A stretch of DNA of 61,958 nt, the filler included, from Basidioascus undulatus (lineage: Eukaryota), in NCBI GenBank assembly GCA_000826855.1. It is 9 parts of 9 records of this genome, joined end to end, with 100 filler letters (N's around TTAATTAATTAA, not from the genome) between each part and the next. Parts side by side here need not be neighbours in the genome. Positions count along the whole stretch, not along the records: positions 48,422 to 52,851 come from JTLS01002146.1; positions 52,952 to 57,418 come from JTLS01002147.1; positions 57,519 to 61,958 come from JTLS01002148.1; 6 more parts are not named here. One strand, written 5' to 3'. The notes beneath the pieces are model-generated. The model worked only from the letters and a program-made list of their open reading frames with translations, did no database searches and had not been told where the DNA came from. Below, one piece after another: positions 50,526 through 61,958 of the stretch. How positions within the stretch are numbered: position 1 is the first letter of the stretch; each line of letters begins with the position of its first letter. The position numbers were made by a program, and so were the translations under genes.

Positions 50526-52851
50526 ATGTTATTCCAGCAGGTATGGTCCCCTAGCTACTCGCTGTATAGCCGCACCTCGCCATCTCCCGAGCCGCGCTGA
50601 CGGCCGCGGTGACCCGCACCAGTCGCTGAGTGGCCTCATCAAGGGCCTGCGCGCCAACAAGAATGATGAGCGCAAGTTCATTGCGGGTGCTCTTGACGAG
50701 ATCAAGCAGGAGGTCCGGAGTGCGGATCTCGAGGTCAAGGCGGGTGCCGTGCTCAAGCTCACCTACGTGCGTCTTGCGTCTTCCTTGTGTCGTATATTGC
50801 GCGGTGGGCTGACGAGCGACTGTTGGGCAGCTCGATATGCTCGGACACGACATGTCATGGGTGCGCCGTCGACGTCGCCAGTGCACTCGTGGGCCTGCCA
50901 GCTCACCGTGCTGTCCCTTTAGGCTGCCTTCCCCATCCTCGAAACAGCCTCCTCTCCGCGACACCACCTCAAGTCCATCGGATACCTCGCCGCCTCGCAG
51001 ACGTTCACGCCCAACACGGATGTGCTCATGCTCACTCCGAACCTCCTCAAGAAGGACCTCTCCACGCCCTCGTCCGATCCCGCCCTCGCGCTCGGCACCT
51101 TCGCCCGCATCGCAACGCCCGAGCTCGCCCGCGATCTGCAGGTAGAGATCGCGCGCCTCATGGGCCATACGCGTGCGAGCGTACGGAGAAAGGCGGTGGG
51201 CGCTGCGTGGAAGTGCGTGGAGCTGTTGGGAGAGGAGGAGAGCGGGGACATGAAGACGCGGTTTAGGGAACGGCTGGAAGACGATGATCCTGGTGAGTGC
51301 CTCCTATACTTTGGGAGGTAGGTGGGGCTATGCTCAAGGGGGCAGGGACAGGTGTTATCGCGGCAACTGTCAACGCTATCACGGAACTGGCCATCCGCGA
51401 CCCCCAAGCCTACCTCATCTTCGCGCCCCAGCTCTTCCGCCTCCTCACCTCATCTTCCAACAACTGGATGCTCATCAAGATCATCAAGCTTGTGAGTCAT
51501 TCATACCCACTTCCCTCTTCATCGCACCTCTTCTCACAGGCTACCTGCTCCATCAGTTCGCCTCTCTCCTCCCGCACGAGCCCCGATTGCATCGAAAGCT
51601 CCTTCCGCCCCTCACGCACCTCATCGGCTCCACATCCGCTGTCAGCGTACTGTACGAGTGTGTGCACACGTGCATCGTCGGCGGCCTGCTCGATACCGAC
51701 AATCTCGCCGAGACGTGCGTGGAGAAGCTTGCTGGCTTTTTGGAAGACTCGGACCAGAACCGTGCGCGCTTGTTCTCTTGTAGCTGGAGGACCAGCCGAA
51801 ACTGATGGTTTCGTCTAAACCGCTTACTCGCAGTCAAATACATCGCCTTGCTGGCGCTCGCGAAGATGGTGCCTACGCACGCGCACCTCCTTGCCGAGCA
51901 CCAGGAGATGATCCTTCTCTCGATCGACGACCCCGACATCTCAATCCGCATGCGCGCGCTCGAGCTCGTCTCGGCCATGGTGACGCGCGACAACCTCCAA
52001 TCAATAGTGACCAAGCTCCTCTCGCACCTCACCCCGACCGCGCCTCCCCCGCCGTCCGCACTCGCGGCCCTCCGCGCAACCACCTCATCTACCACCGCCC
52101 CCACCCCCACTCCCTCCCTTCCGCCCTCGCACCGCCTCACCCTGACGCAGCATATCCTCTCTATGTGCTCGCGCGAGTCATACACCAACCTCCCCTCCTT
52201 CGACTGGTACCTCTCGACCCTCATCCAGCTCGCGCACATCGCACCCGCCGAGATCGGCCCGCGCCTCCGCGAGCAGGCGCTCGACGTCGCTGTGCGCGTC
52301 AGGAGCGTCAGGCGCTACGCGGTGCAGATCATGGAGCGGTTGTTGGACGATGAGGAGTTCAGGGAGGAGGTGCCCGAGCGAGGAGAGGGAGCGGGAGAGA
52401 TGCTCCATGCCGCAGCGTGGATCTGCGGTGAATACGCTACGTACGTTATCTCCTCCCCTTTTCTTCATTTTTGGAGCAGTTCCTTATCTGAACCCCTCCA
52501 TCCCACACAGTCATCTCTCTTCCGCACCCGAAACGATCGCCCACCTCCTACACCCGACGATCCTCCGCATCTCTACCGACGTGCAGGCCGTCTGCGTCCA
52601 CGCCGCGGGCAAGATCTACGGTGCATGGACGGCCGGCCTCGCGGAGGAGTGGGACGACGGCGAGTTGCCGGCGCTGCGCCGGACCGGGGACGACATCCAG
52701 GAGGCGCTGGGCGCGTTCAAGCAGAGCGCGGACGTGGAGGTGCAAGAGCGCGCTGTCACGCTCTCGCAGCTGTTCCAGCTCGTCCAAGCCGACTTGTCCT
52801 CCTACTGCCCCTCGCCTACGCCCACTCCCGCCCCCACCCGCTCCTACGGAC
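50526..52851 (+). CDS. APL5: AP-3 complex delta subunit, 3'-truncated
   Basis: SLSGLIKGLRAN, KAGAVLKLTY-LDMLGHDMSW, KSIGYLAASQTF, LLTSSSNNWMLIKIIKL, DDPDISIRMRALEL, AAAWICGEYA, SADVEVQERA. Confidence 0.95.
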
Positions 52852-52951
52852 NNNNNNNNNNNNNNNNNNNNNNNNNNNNNNNNNNNNNNNNNNNNTTAAT
52901 TAATTAANNNNNNNNNNNNNNNNNNNNNNNNNNNNNNNNNNNNNNNNNNNN
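52852..52951. other. Artificial contig spacer
   Basis: N44-TTAATTAATTAA-N44. Confidence 0.98.
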
Positions 52952-53408
52952 TTTTTTTTTTTTTTTTTTTTTTTGCTGTGTTATTGAAGTTCGGCATGAT
53001 ACCTTCCGATGGCTTTGCATGCAGGCGCGGTCTGCTCCAGGTCTGAGCCCTGTAGTTGGAAAAGTGGCGCGAACGGCTGAACGCGCGAGGTCGGTGGAAG
53101 GCAGCGTGTTTTCGCCTTAAGCATTCGCGAGGCATACGCAACAACACTTCCTGTTCTCCTGCGGACCGCTCCTGCCATTCAGCGCAGAGTAAGCTGAGTT
53201 TCCAGTGCTCAGATCATTCGAGCGCTGGTTGGGTTGGACCTGACCTGAAGCTGCACGCACTGCCGCGACGACGAAGACAAGATCCAGTAGCTCGTGCGTT
53301 TCGTTGCATCATCTACTCTATCAAACAATTCCACTCCCTCAAACTCAGGCGAAAGAAAACAAACAAAACACATCAACGCCAAACCAAACCCCTCCACTCA
53401 ACGCCCGC

Positions 53409-56400
53409 TCACGCCTTGGGCGGCTCCAGCCCCAGACGGACACGCACGGCGTTCGCGTGCGCGCGCAGGCCCTCGCACTCCGCGAGCGTGACGACCGTCG
53501 GCCCGAGCTTGTCGAGCCCGGCTTTGGTGAGCTCCTGGGACGTGATGGACTTCTGGAACGAGGCGGTGTTGACGCCTGCGGAGCACGGAGAGAAGGATCA
53601 GAGGCGGGAGGGGAAGGGGAAGCAGCTCAGAGATGGGAGATGGGAGATGGGAGGAGGACGCACCGCTGTATTGGCGGGCGTAGCCGTTCGTGGGGAGAGT
53701 GTGGTTAGTGCCCGAGGCGTAGTCGCCACAGCTGGAAAAGCCGGCCAAAGAATCAGCATGGGCGAGGGAAGGAAGCGAAGAGAGAAGAGGAATAACAGGG
53801 AAGGAAGGAAGGAAAAAGCCCCTTACCTCTCGGGGGACCAGTGCCCAACGAACACGCTCCCGGCGTTCTGGACGCGAGGCAGGGTCGCGGCGGCGTTGTC
53901 GAGGTGGAGGATGAGGTGCTCCGGCGCGTAGTCATTGGAGAAGTCGAAAGCCTCCTCGAGGCTCGGGACGGTGACGATGAGGCTCTTTGCGATCGACTGG
54001 CGCGCGATCTCGACGCGCGGGAGCGCGCGCGCCTGCCGGTCCACCTCGTCCTCCACCTCCTGCAGCAGTGCGAGCGGCAGGTCGACCGCGACAAGCACGA
54101 CCTGCGAGTCGACGCCGTGCTCGGCTTGCGAGAGGAGGTCGGACGCCACGAAAGAGGGCGTGCAGGTCGAGTCGGCGATCACCTGGTAGAGTCGGGAGAG
54201 GGGGGTCAGTGAGAAGGAAGGGGAGTGGGAGAGGGGGAGCGGAGGAGGGACGCACGAGGACTTCAGAAGGCCCAGCGGGCATGTCGATCGCGACGAGCGC
54301 GTTCGTGTCGTTCTGGACGAGCATCTTGGCGGCAGTGACCCACTGGTTGCCGGGCCCGAAGATCTTGTCGACCTTGGGGACGGTCTCGGTGCCGTACGCG
54401 AGGGCGGCGACAGCCTGGGCCCCGCCAGCCTTGAGGATCGTGGACGCGCCGACGAGGTGCGCGACGTAGAGGACCTCGTCGACGATGGAGCCGTCCGGCT
54501 TCGGCGGCGTCGCGAGCACGATCTCCTTGCACCCTGCGACCTGCGCCGGCACGCCGAGCATGAGCGCTGAGGACGGGAGGATCGCAGTCCCGCCCGGCAC
54601 GTAGAGCCCGACGCGTGAGATGGGCCGCGCGAAGCGGGAGCACACCACGCCCGGCATCGTCTCGACCACGAGGGGCGCCTTGTCCGCCTGGGCGGCGTGG
54701 AACGCGCGCACGTTCGCGTACGCCACGTCGATCGCCTCCTTCACGGCCGGGTCGAGGTTGCGCGGGACGAACGGCGGGCGAAGGACGGACGAGTCGAGCT
54801 CGGCCTTGTCCAGCTTCGCGGTGAGCTGCAGGAGCGCCTTGTCCCCGCCCACGCGGACCGCCTCGACGATCGGCTTCACGCGCTCGATCATCTCGCCTGA
54901 GTTGAGGACCGGGCGGCGGAGGAGCGCCGCGCGCTCGGAGACGGAGCAGTCGGAGAGGATGGCCGTGCGCATCCGGATCGGCGCGGAGGGCGACGACGGC
55001 GCGGGCGTCTTCGGGGGAGTGCCCGCAACGGGGGCGGGCGTGGGCGGGCCGGTCGGCGCGGGACGCTTGGTAGGTTCGGCGATGGGGGCGGGTGCGGGCG
55101 TAGGTGCGGGCGCAGGTATGGGCGCCACGGTGGAAGGACGCTGGTCCGAAGCCGACGCATGGTTCTCCACGACCTCATTCTCCTTGCCCTTGCCCTTGCT
55201 CTCCCCCGTCGGAACCGTCGGCGGGGGCGTGAGCTCCGCGGCGCTCCGTCGCTTCCAGAACATCAAGCTCGATCGCTTCTTCGTCTTGAGCGACTGGGCC
55301 TTCGGGGGCGCGAGCAGCTCCTGCTGCTGGGCGTCCCCGTTGGCCGTCGTGCCGTTCATCGTGCTCGCTGCGCGGCGGCTGCCGACCGTCGAGAACCACC
55401 CCGAATTCGACACGGGCGGGGTGGACGCCGAGGCGGGAAGGAGCGGGACGGGCGGAGGCGGGCTGGCGTCTGCCGGGGGTTTGGAGGAGGAGGATGTCCG
55501 CTTCCGGAAAAGGGACAGCCGGCGCTTGGGCTCCGGCCGGGATGGCGCCGCCGCTGCCTCAATTGCCGCGAGGGAAGGCTCGGGCGAGGGCGCGCCGATG
55601 ATGGATGTGCGCGGGGACGGGCGGTCTTTGCGAAGTTTTGAGGGGCGGCGCGAGGGTGGGTTGGACGAGGGCGGGGAGAGATGCGTGGGAGAGGGAGGAG
55701 CCGGCGTGGAGGTAGGCGTAGAGCCGTCGCCGGCTGCTGATGGTGATGCGGGTGGGAGAGCCGCAGGCGTGGCGGGCCCTGGGGAGGACGCCGTCGCGGC
55801 GGTTTGGGAGAGCGGGGAGGGGCGGTAGTTGAGTGACGTTGCAGAGTGTGAGGGAGAGACGCGGGTGGAGGGGGACTGTGGAAACGACCAGGGCGTGAGA
55901 TGAGTGAGATGGGGGAACAGAGAGGGGCTTGGCATGACGCACATCGTCTCTTCGAGAGCCGTTGAGAGATGGCGAGCCGTGCGAAGACGAGGACGAGCGC
56001 GGGCTTTGCGAGGGGCTCTGTCGGCGTGCGACGTCGTAAGGCGACGAATGGTGATAGAGACCTGGACCTTCGAACGAGTCGCATCAGTACGTGATCCTAA
56101 GGGCATCGCGATTAGAAACAACGCACCTCCCCAGGGATCCGTCAAGTCGAGCCCATCGATCCCGTCCCTCCTCCGCTGCCTGCCCAAGCTCGGAAACGGC
56201 CCGTCCATGACGAGCGGCGTCGCCTCGGCGAGCGTGCTCAGCCGGTGGACGGTGTCGAGCGGGCGCTCAAACCCGCTGCGGTACGGGTTGCTCATGTCCG
56301 GCACGAGCGTCTGCGCGCTGCTCGTCGCGCTCGACGCGGCGCTCGCAGGCCGCAGGTGCGCGGCGATGAAGGGGGACGGGCTTCCCCGGATGCGCGGGCG

Positions 56401-56616
56401 CGGCGGCATGTTGGGCGAAGAGGAGGAGGAGCCTGCAGGGAAAACGAGAGCGTCGTCGGGCGTCGGTGACGTGTTCGCGGAATCGCCGTTGTCGTGTTGG
56501 TGGTGGTGAGGAGGGGAAGAGGAGAACGACTCGAAGGGGTAGGCGTTCCCCTCGTCTCTGTCGTCCATGGGCGGCGATTGCGCTTGGCTCTGTGTGGGAG
56601 TGGGAGCGTGCGGCAT
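53409..56616 (-). CDS. Histidinol dehydrogenase (HisD domain) with a long Ser/Pro-rich N-terminus in place of HisIE
   Basis: [89 protein letters not shown]. The HisD domain begins at about 54980. Confidence 0.85.
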
Positions 56617-57418
56617 GGGCACGGCAGGCGAGCGGGTGGGGAGGGTGGGGAAGGCGGATGCGTTAGCGCTGCTATCGTCGACGTGATAATGAACGTGTGC
56701 GATAACGTTGGGCGAGGAGGGTCAAGGCGACTATCAAGCGCGATCCGCGAGGGCAGGGACGTGGGCTTAGGCCAGATGCAAGCAAGGCAAAACGGCAAGC
56801 GTCAAGCCCTGAGCCCTCGGACGCGTCGTATACCGCATTCTGGAGTACATAACGCACGTTGGCGCAGCGATCGAGAACGACGCATGCCCCTCGGTCCCCG
56901 ATTTGCACGGGACATGAAGCGGGCGCGGGGCTGGGCAGGGGGCAGGGCGGTCCGTGTCCCATCTCGGCGCTCCCCTCTGCAATCACAATCGCTCCCACCT
57001 CCTCCCGACGACATCATTAAATGCGCGCCCTCGTTCTCCTCTCCTCTCCTTTTCCATCGCTGCTCTCCGCTCTCCGTACACAAAAACTCAGGAGGAGGGG
57101 CAGACACGCACCTCTTCGAATGGCTCTGGCGCGTCCCAGGGCATGGCGAACTGGCCCGCGGAGGAGGACGACGAGTACTTGGTCTTTGTGCTCGGTCGGC
57201 GCGGGAGGGTGCTGGCGCCGCTGGCGGTCGGGGAAGACGGCGAGGACGTCGAGGACGCGGCGGAGGAGCGCCGGCGGTGGAAGGGCACCATCGTGTTCGC
57301 GTTTGGCCTCGTTGTACAGTACTTTGGATATTGTACACTCCTGCTGATGCGATGACGATCCGCCTGCTGATTCTGCGGCGATGCGTGTTAAATGGGGAAT
57401 ATTACGCCGGGGAGGCGG

Positions 57419-57518
57419 NNNNNNNNNNNNNNNNNNNNNNNNNNNNNNNNNNNNNNNNNNNNTTAATTAATTAANNNNNNNNNNNNNNNNNNNNNNNNNN
57501 NNNNNNNNNNNNNNNNNN
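57419..57518. other. Artificial contig spacer
   Basis: N44-TTAATTAATTAA-N44. Confidence 0.98.
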
Positions 57519-58767
57519 AGGGGAACGGGCATGGCGATGGGCTGGGCGAACGTAGGGATCGGGGCATTGTGGTTGTTGTGGAAATGCAGGGCAGGGGGCG
57601 GGGGCGGGGGGCAGGAGGAGAGCAAGGGAGGGAGGAGGATGGGTGAGGGCGAGTGTGTGTGAGATGAGAGCGGAGAGGCTATCTCGCCCGCTCAACCCAG
57701 TCAGTCCATCGCGCCGCAGTCGCCGGGCGCACGTCAGACGTCATACGACGTAGAATCGCTGCCTACATAAGTTACTCGGTACAGTCCCTTTGGTTGAACC
57801 ACCTTGGACTGCAACGCAGAGGAGCTCTGCTGACCGTGGTTGATTCCAATTTCCATGCGTGTGTACATAGCCCAAACAAGGCCTTGCACAGACATCCTTG
57901 GCCAGCGCATGTAAACGCACAGTTCGCAGCGCGGGCCAATCCCCGTTCAGAATGTGCTGGCATGCACGCAGCGCCTTTCCCGCAGCATTCCCGAACGAAC
58001 CAGAGCGCCTGCGCGGCACCAAATATTGTCGTTGTTTGCACAGTATCTACTTAAAAGAAATTGTGGTATCCATATCCACTGACTGACCTGAGGGGGGATG
58101 TAACTCTTGAGGACGAGGCTGTGAAATGTACCATTCCAAAAAGTGCTCATCGCCGTCGCTGCATTACGCAAGCATAGAAGGAGATTGGGTTTCGAAAACA
58201 GCCCTAAAAGGCCGAAAAAAATGCACTTCAGCACCGTTGTGGCAACTTCACACTACCAGCGCGTTTACCACGTCCCCCACCGGCGTAACAGTCAACCGTC
58301 AGAGCAAGCATGAGTGTGCCGAATGCCACTATGACCTTGCCAGATCTACGGCGCTTCCAACAACCTAAAACTTTTAAGCTCCGCGAGGAAGCCAACAAGA
58401 ACTCTGTGAGACTCTGGATAGAGGACTGGCATGCACCTGTCTGGAAACTGTTGTTGCACCGTACTACCATCGGCAGCACGGCAGACGCCACGGACCGTGT
58501 GCAGTAGAACTATTATCCCCTTGGAGGATTTCCCTGATCCAAACGCTGTCGGCGCATGGGCCCATGGGGGATGCCTGTGTGGCACGGGTTGATGGAAGTC
58601 GTGTGCCAAACAAATGTCACGTGAATGCGAGCTACGATAGCGGGTCGTTCTGAAGTCGTCTGGAATCGGTCTACGCACCTCCTACCCTCTAACTACTGCT
58701 CCAATCCCTACCTTCCTTGCCCCAAATCCATCATCCTCCGCCCCGCCGCATTCTACAGCCCGCGGCC

Positions 58768-60672
58768 ATGCGACGTCCCTCTGTTGGGCCAGCGCTGTTG
58801 CTGCCCCTCCTCTGGGTCGGTAGCGCCACCGCCGCCCCCCTCTCTACTAGAGCCCGCCCATCGCGCCTCTCCTTGCCCGTCACCTGGCTTGCGCATCTCC
58901 GCCAGCCGCACGTCGCTGCAGTCGGGCCCGGCAGCGAACTCGACACGGGCGGGGGCTGGTCGTTAAGCTTCGCCCAGGATGCGCGGGTCATCGTCGATGC
59001 TGTGCGTCTTCCTGCCCTCCTCCCTCCCTTGCCCGCGGCTCATGGCTCCCCCGTTCCTCCAGCCTCACGAAGACCACCCTCAGACTCACGCGGCACGCGG
59101 CGCTGCGTTTGGCCCCAGGATCCCCTCCGACATCCCCGGAGTGCTCATTCCGATCTCGCACTTCCTTCCCTCCAACTCGTCCGCCCAGCCCGACCTCGGG
59201 TGCCCAGCGCCCTCGTCACGCTCTCACCACGCAGACCACCGGCCCGTTGAGAAGTGGAATGCGGCCGACGGAGGCGCCAACCTTGGCTGGGTCGCGCTCG
59301 CCGAGCGTGGCGGATGCAGCTTCGCGGACAAGGTCCTCGCCGCTCAGGCCCTGGGAGCAATCGCTGTCGTCGTCGGGGATGAACCGGGCACCAGGGGAGG
59401 GTTGCTTACGATGTGGTCTCCTGGGTAAGTTTTCTCTGTCTGCGTGGTCGGAATCGACAGGCATCTGAAATACCACACCTACAGCGACACCTCAGCCGTC
59501 CGCATTCCTTCCGTCTTCGTCACCCGCACGAGCTACCTCCAGCTTCTGGACGCCTTCACGCTGCTCCCGCTCGATTCCGCCGGTCTCCCTATTACAATAG
59601 CGCATGAGCAGGTCTTCGTATGGTACTTAGTTCCAGCTTTCTGCTGTAGCATCCTCTCCAGTGCTGACGTCTCCCTCCACACGCGTTAGGCCGCTCGCCG
59701 ACCTGCTCCTTCTTCTCCTCCTCCTACCGTCCATCCTCACCTTTTCTACCCTTATCCTTCATCATATTCGCGCGTACCGCCGGCGACGTGCCGATCGGGC
59801 GCCCGAGGAGGTAGTGGAAGGCCTTGTCGCGGCTGTGTGGGGCGAGGAGGGGGTTGTGGAGAAGGAAGGGCGAGTGCGGGGCGAGGGAGAGCACGAGCCG
59901 CTATTGCAGGGGAGCAGGAGAAAGGTCAAGTACTGGAGTAGCGAGTGGTGCGTCTCCGTCGGCCTTTCATCGCACTCGCTGTTGCTCAATCTCGTTTCGC
60001 GCCGTCCTTGCAGTGCAATCTGCCTGTGCGACTTCCTTCCCGGTGACAAAGTCCGCATCCTTCCATGGTACGCTTGCCAAACCTACTTCAATCTTACTGT
60101 ACTGACTCTATATTGTCTCGGCCTTGCGTAGTGGGCATCTCTTTCATCGACCCGAGATCGACGACTGGCTGCTCCACCACAAGAAAACTGTATGTCATTC
60201 ATTTATCAGCCCATCACCCTTTTCATATTCTCACAAACGCTTCACCACAAACAGTGCCCCATCTGTACGCTTCGATGTCCTGCCATATGTTAATCACGCT
60301 TACCCGTGACCGCACACAGGCAAACTCGACGTGACACTTCATCCGCTGCCTAAGCCTTCCGACCCGCTTCCCACCCCTGCTGAACCGGCCGCACCTTCCC
60401 CCACTCCGTCCAATGCCGAAGCTTCCACATCCACATCTGTGTCTCCGGCTATGTCTGCATCAGCCGCAACAGCAGATAACCGACCCTCCTGCTTGACTGT
60501 GCCGGCTTCACCTAGCAGCACCGCTCTGGCAACCCCGACCTTGACTGCCACTGCTGTTCCTCTTCCTACCCCGCAAACCCAAAGCCAGCAGCAGACCACA
60601 CCGAGGACACCGCGCAGCCAGAGCTTGCCACCTGGGGGGTTCCTGAGCTCCTTGAGAACATCGCTGCACTGA
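58768..60672 (+). CDS. PA-domain, transmembrane, RING-H2 E3 ligase (RNF13/RMR-like)
   Basis: Signal peptide; AAFGP; WVALAERGGCSFADKV; IPSVFV; TM LLLLLLLLPSILTF; spliced RING ECAICLCDFLPGDKVRILPCGHLFHRPEIDDWLLHHKKTCPIC. Confidence 0.9.
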
Positions 60673-61020
60673 ATGCCAAACTGATATGCCTTTTTGATGA
60701 GGGGACACGGGAAATGATTACAATGAAGATGATGCCTGTTCATGTGTTCGTACTACCTACTACTATTGTTGATGTCACACCACCTCCTTGAAGGTTGTTC
60801 TTGCAATGAGACTCAGTGTGGCAAGCCTTAGCCGTGGGTTCAGGATCTACTGCAAAGGCAGTATACAGATGCCTCACTTTATGAGTGAGCAGAGTCCAAC
60901 CCAAGGTCAGTGGATAAGTTGGGATGAAAACTTTCACATTCCTGCTATGTAGCCACAGACTCAGGAAGGGAGGGTCTGAGCAAGCCATTGTGCAACAAGG
61001 TGTCACAGCAGCTCAGAGCT

Positions 61021-61407
61021 TGTCAGGACTTGACTGGGTAAGACAGACCGCAGCGGGGACTACCAGCAGGGTTGGTGTCAAGATGCAAGATGGATGAAGA
61101 AAGGGCAAGGAGTAGAGGACAAGGCTAAGGGGAGGGTAGGAGAGAACAAGACCAGATGAGGGACAGGGGAAGAAGGGAGGGGGGTTCTTATACTGTGGAG
61201 AGTAGAGGGAGGAGACAATAAGGAATTCCAGGAGGACATAGCTTGATGGAATGAACAAAGGAAGGCAAGGAGGTGGACAGGAGGACAATAGGACAAAGGA
61301 AGGCAACAAGGTGCGCAGGGGAACAATAGCTTGATGAAAGGACAAGGTAGGTGACAATAGGGAGGGTGTAGATGTCCTTGGTGGAAGGAGGGAGGGTATT
61401 CATGACA
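61021..61407. mobile_element. LTR-like element, same family as 49079-49422
   Basis: Starts TGTCAG and ends GGGTATTCATGACA. Shares CAGACCGCAGC, CAAGACCAGATG and TTCTTATA blocks in the same order. No TSD seen. Confidence 0.65.
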
Positions 61408-61469
61408 GGCAGAGAGCTGGTAGATAGGTTATGTCTATCATAGGCACCAATTGAAACCACCTCTCTGTG

Positions 61470-61782
61470 GCAGACACTGTGTAGACAGTAACTGTCTATG
61501 GTAGACACCCTGTAGACAGCCCCTGTTAATGTTAGACACCCTTCAGAGCACCCCTGTTCATGTTTGACACCCCATCAACAATATCTGTCCATGGGTTGCA
61601 TTGTCTGAGGGTCAGCCATGCCTCATCTGAGCCAAAGCTGCATCAAGCTTCAGACAAGCCATGTCTGAGGTACAGACAGGCCATGGGGAAGACAAGCCAT
61701 GTGTGGAGTACAGGCAGCCATGTCAGAGCTGAAGATGCACCATGTCTGAGGTCAGCCCAGGCCATGGCTGAGGTGCAGACAG
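61470..61782. repeat. Degenerate short repeats (TAGACACCC; AGCCATGTCTGAGG)
   Basis: Several imperfect copies of each motif in CpG-free DNA between two LTRs. Confidence 0.6.
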
Positions 61783-61958
61783 TGTCATGAATACCCCACC
61801 CAGTCCAACCCCTGACAACTGTCACCATTGTCACCTCCCCTGTCACATTTCCGCCCTCCCCTGTTGCACTCTCACTGTAAGGATCTGGGTTCTGGGACGG
61901 GCACTTGTGTAAATAGTTTGCCGCTCGCCTTACGCGAGCGGGTCACGTGATGCGAGGG
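61783..61958. mobile_element. LTR fragment in opposite orientation, runs to window end
   Basis: TGTCATGAATACCCCACCCAGTCCAACCCCTGACAACTGTCACC...CCCCTGTCACA closely matches the reverse complement of about 49358-49422. Confidence 0.7.

Noticed and set aside
54620..55828. Long plus-strand ORFs opposite real genes (also 21907-22932, 32498-33914)
   Set aside because: Antisense shadows typical of GC-rich coding DNA, with no recognisable domains.
57000..57418. Acidic ORF fragment at the contig end
   Set aside because: Frame and strand ambiguous, truncated, no identifiable domain.
61590..61782. Repeat-spacer pattern resembling a CRISPR array
   Set aside because: The repeats are short and degenerate with irregular spacing, the context is eukaryotic, and there are no cas genes.

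Overview
Eukaryotic, not prokaryotic: GC-rich, intron-dense fungal DNA, most likely basidiomycete. It is nine separate contigs joined by artificial 100-bp N44-TTAATTAATTAA-N44 spacers, one of at least 25.4 kb and eight of about 4.4-4.5 kb. Intact or contig-truncated genes: DnaJ-X protein, sugar porter, Rcr-like membrane protein, peroxisomal crotonase, F-box/Kelch protein, valyl-tRNA synthetase, a secreted repeat protein, AN1 zinc-finger protein, fungal transcription factor, polyol dehydrogenase, Vac8, AP-3 delta, histidinol dehydrogenase and a PA-TM-RING ligase. There are three tRNAs, the 5' part of U2 snRNA, and three related LTRs in CpG-depleted DNA. Six genes look disrupted: GNAT, MoCo sulfurase-like, rhamnose mutarotase, F-box, MFS and oxalate decarboxylase. 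The most notable finding is a spliced gene whose core exon is missed by the ORF track. It encodes a Mia40-like twin-CX9C protein whose catalytic CPC motif is replaced by HPA, and it lies tail-to-tail with a twin-CX3C protein. Also notable are a HisD domain joined to an unrelated low-complexity N-terminus instead of HisIE, and a probable 3-nt micro-exon. All gene models were read by eye, and homology calls rest on recalled motifs with no database search.
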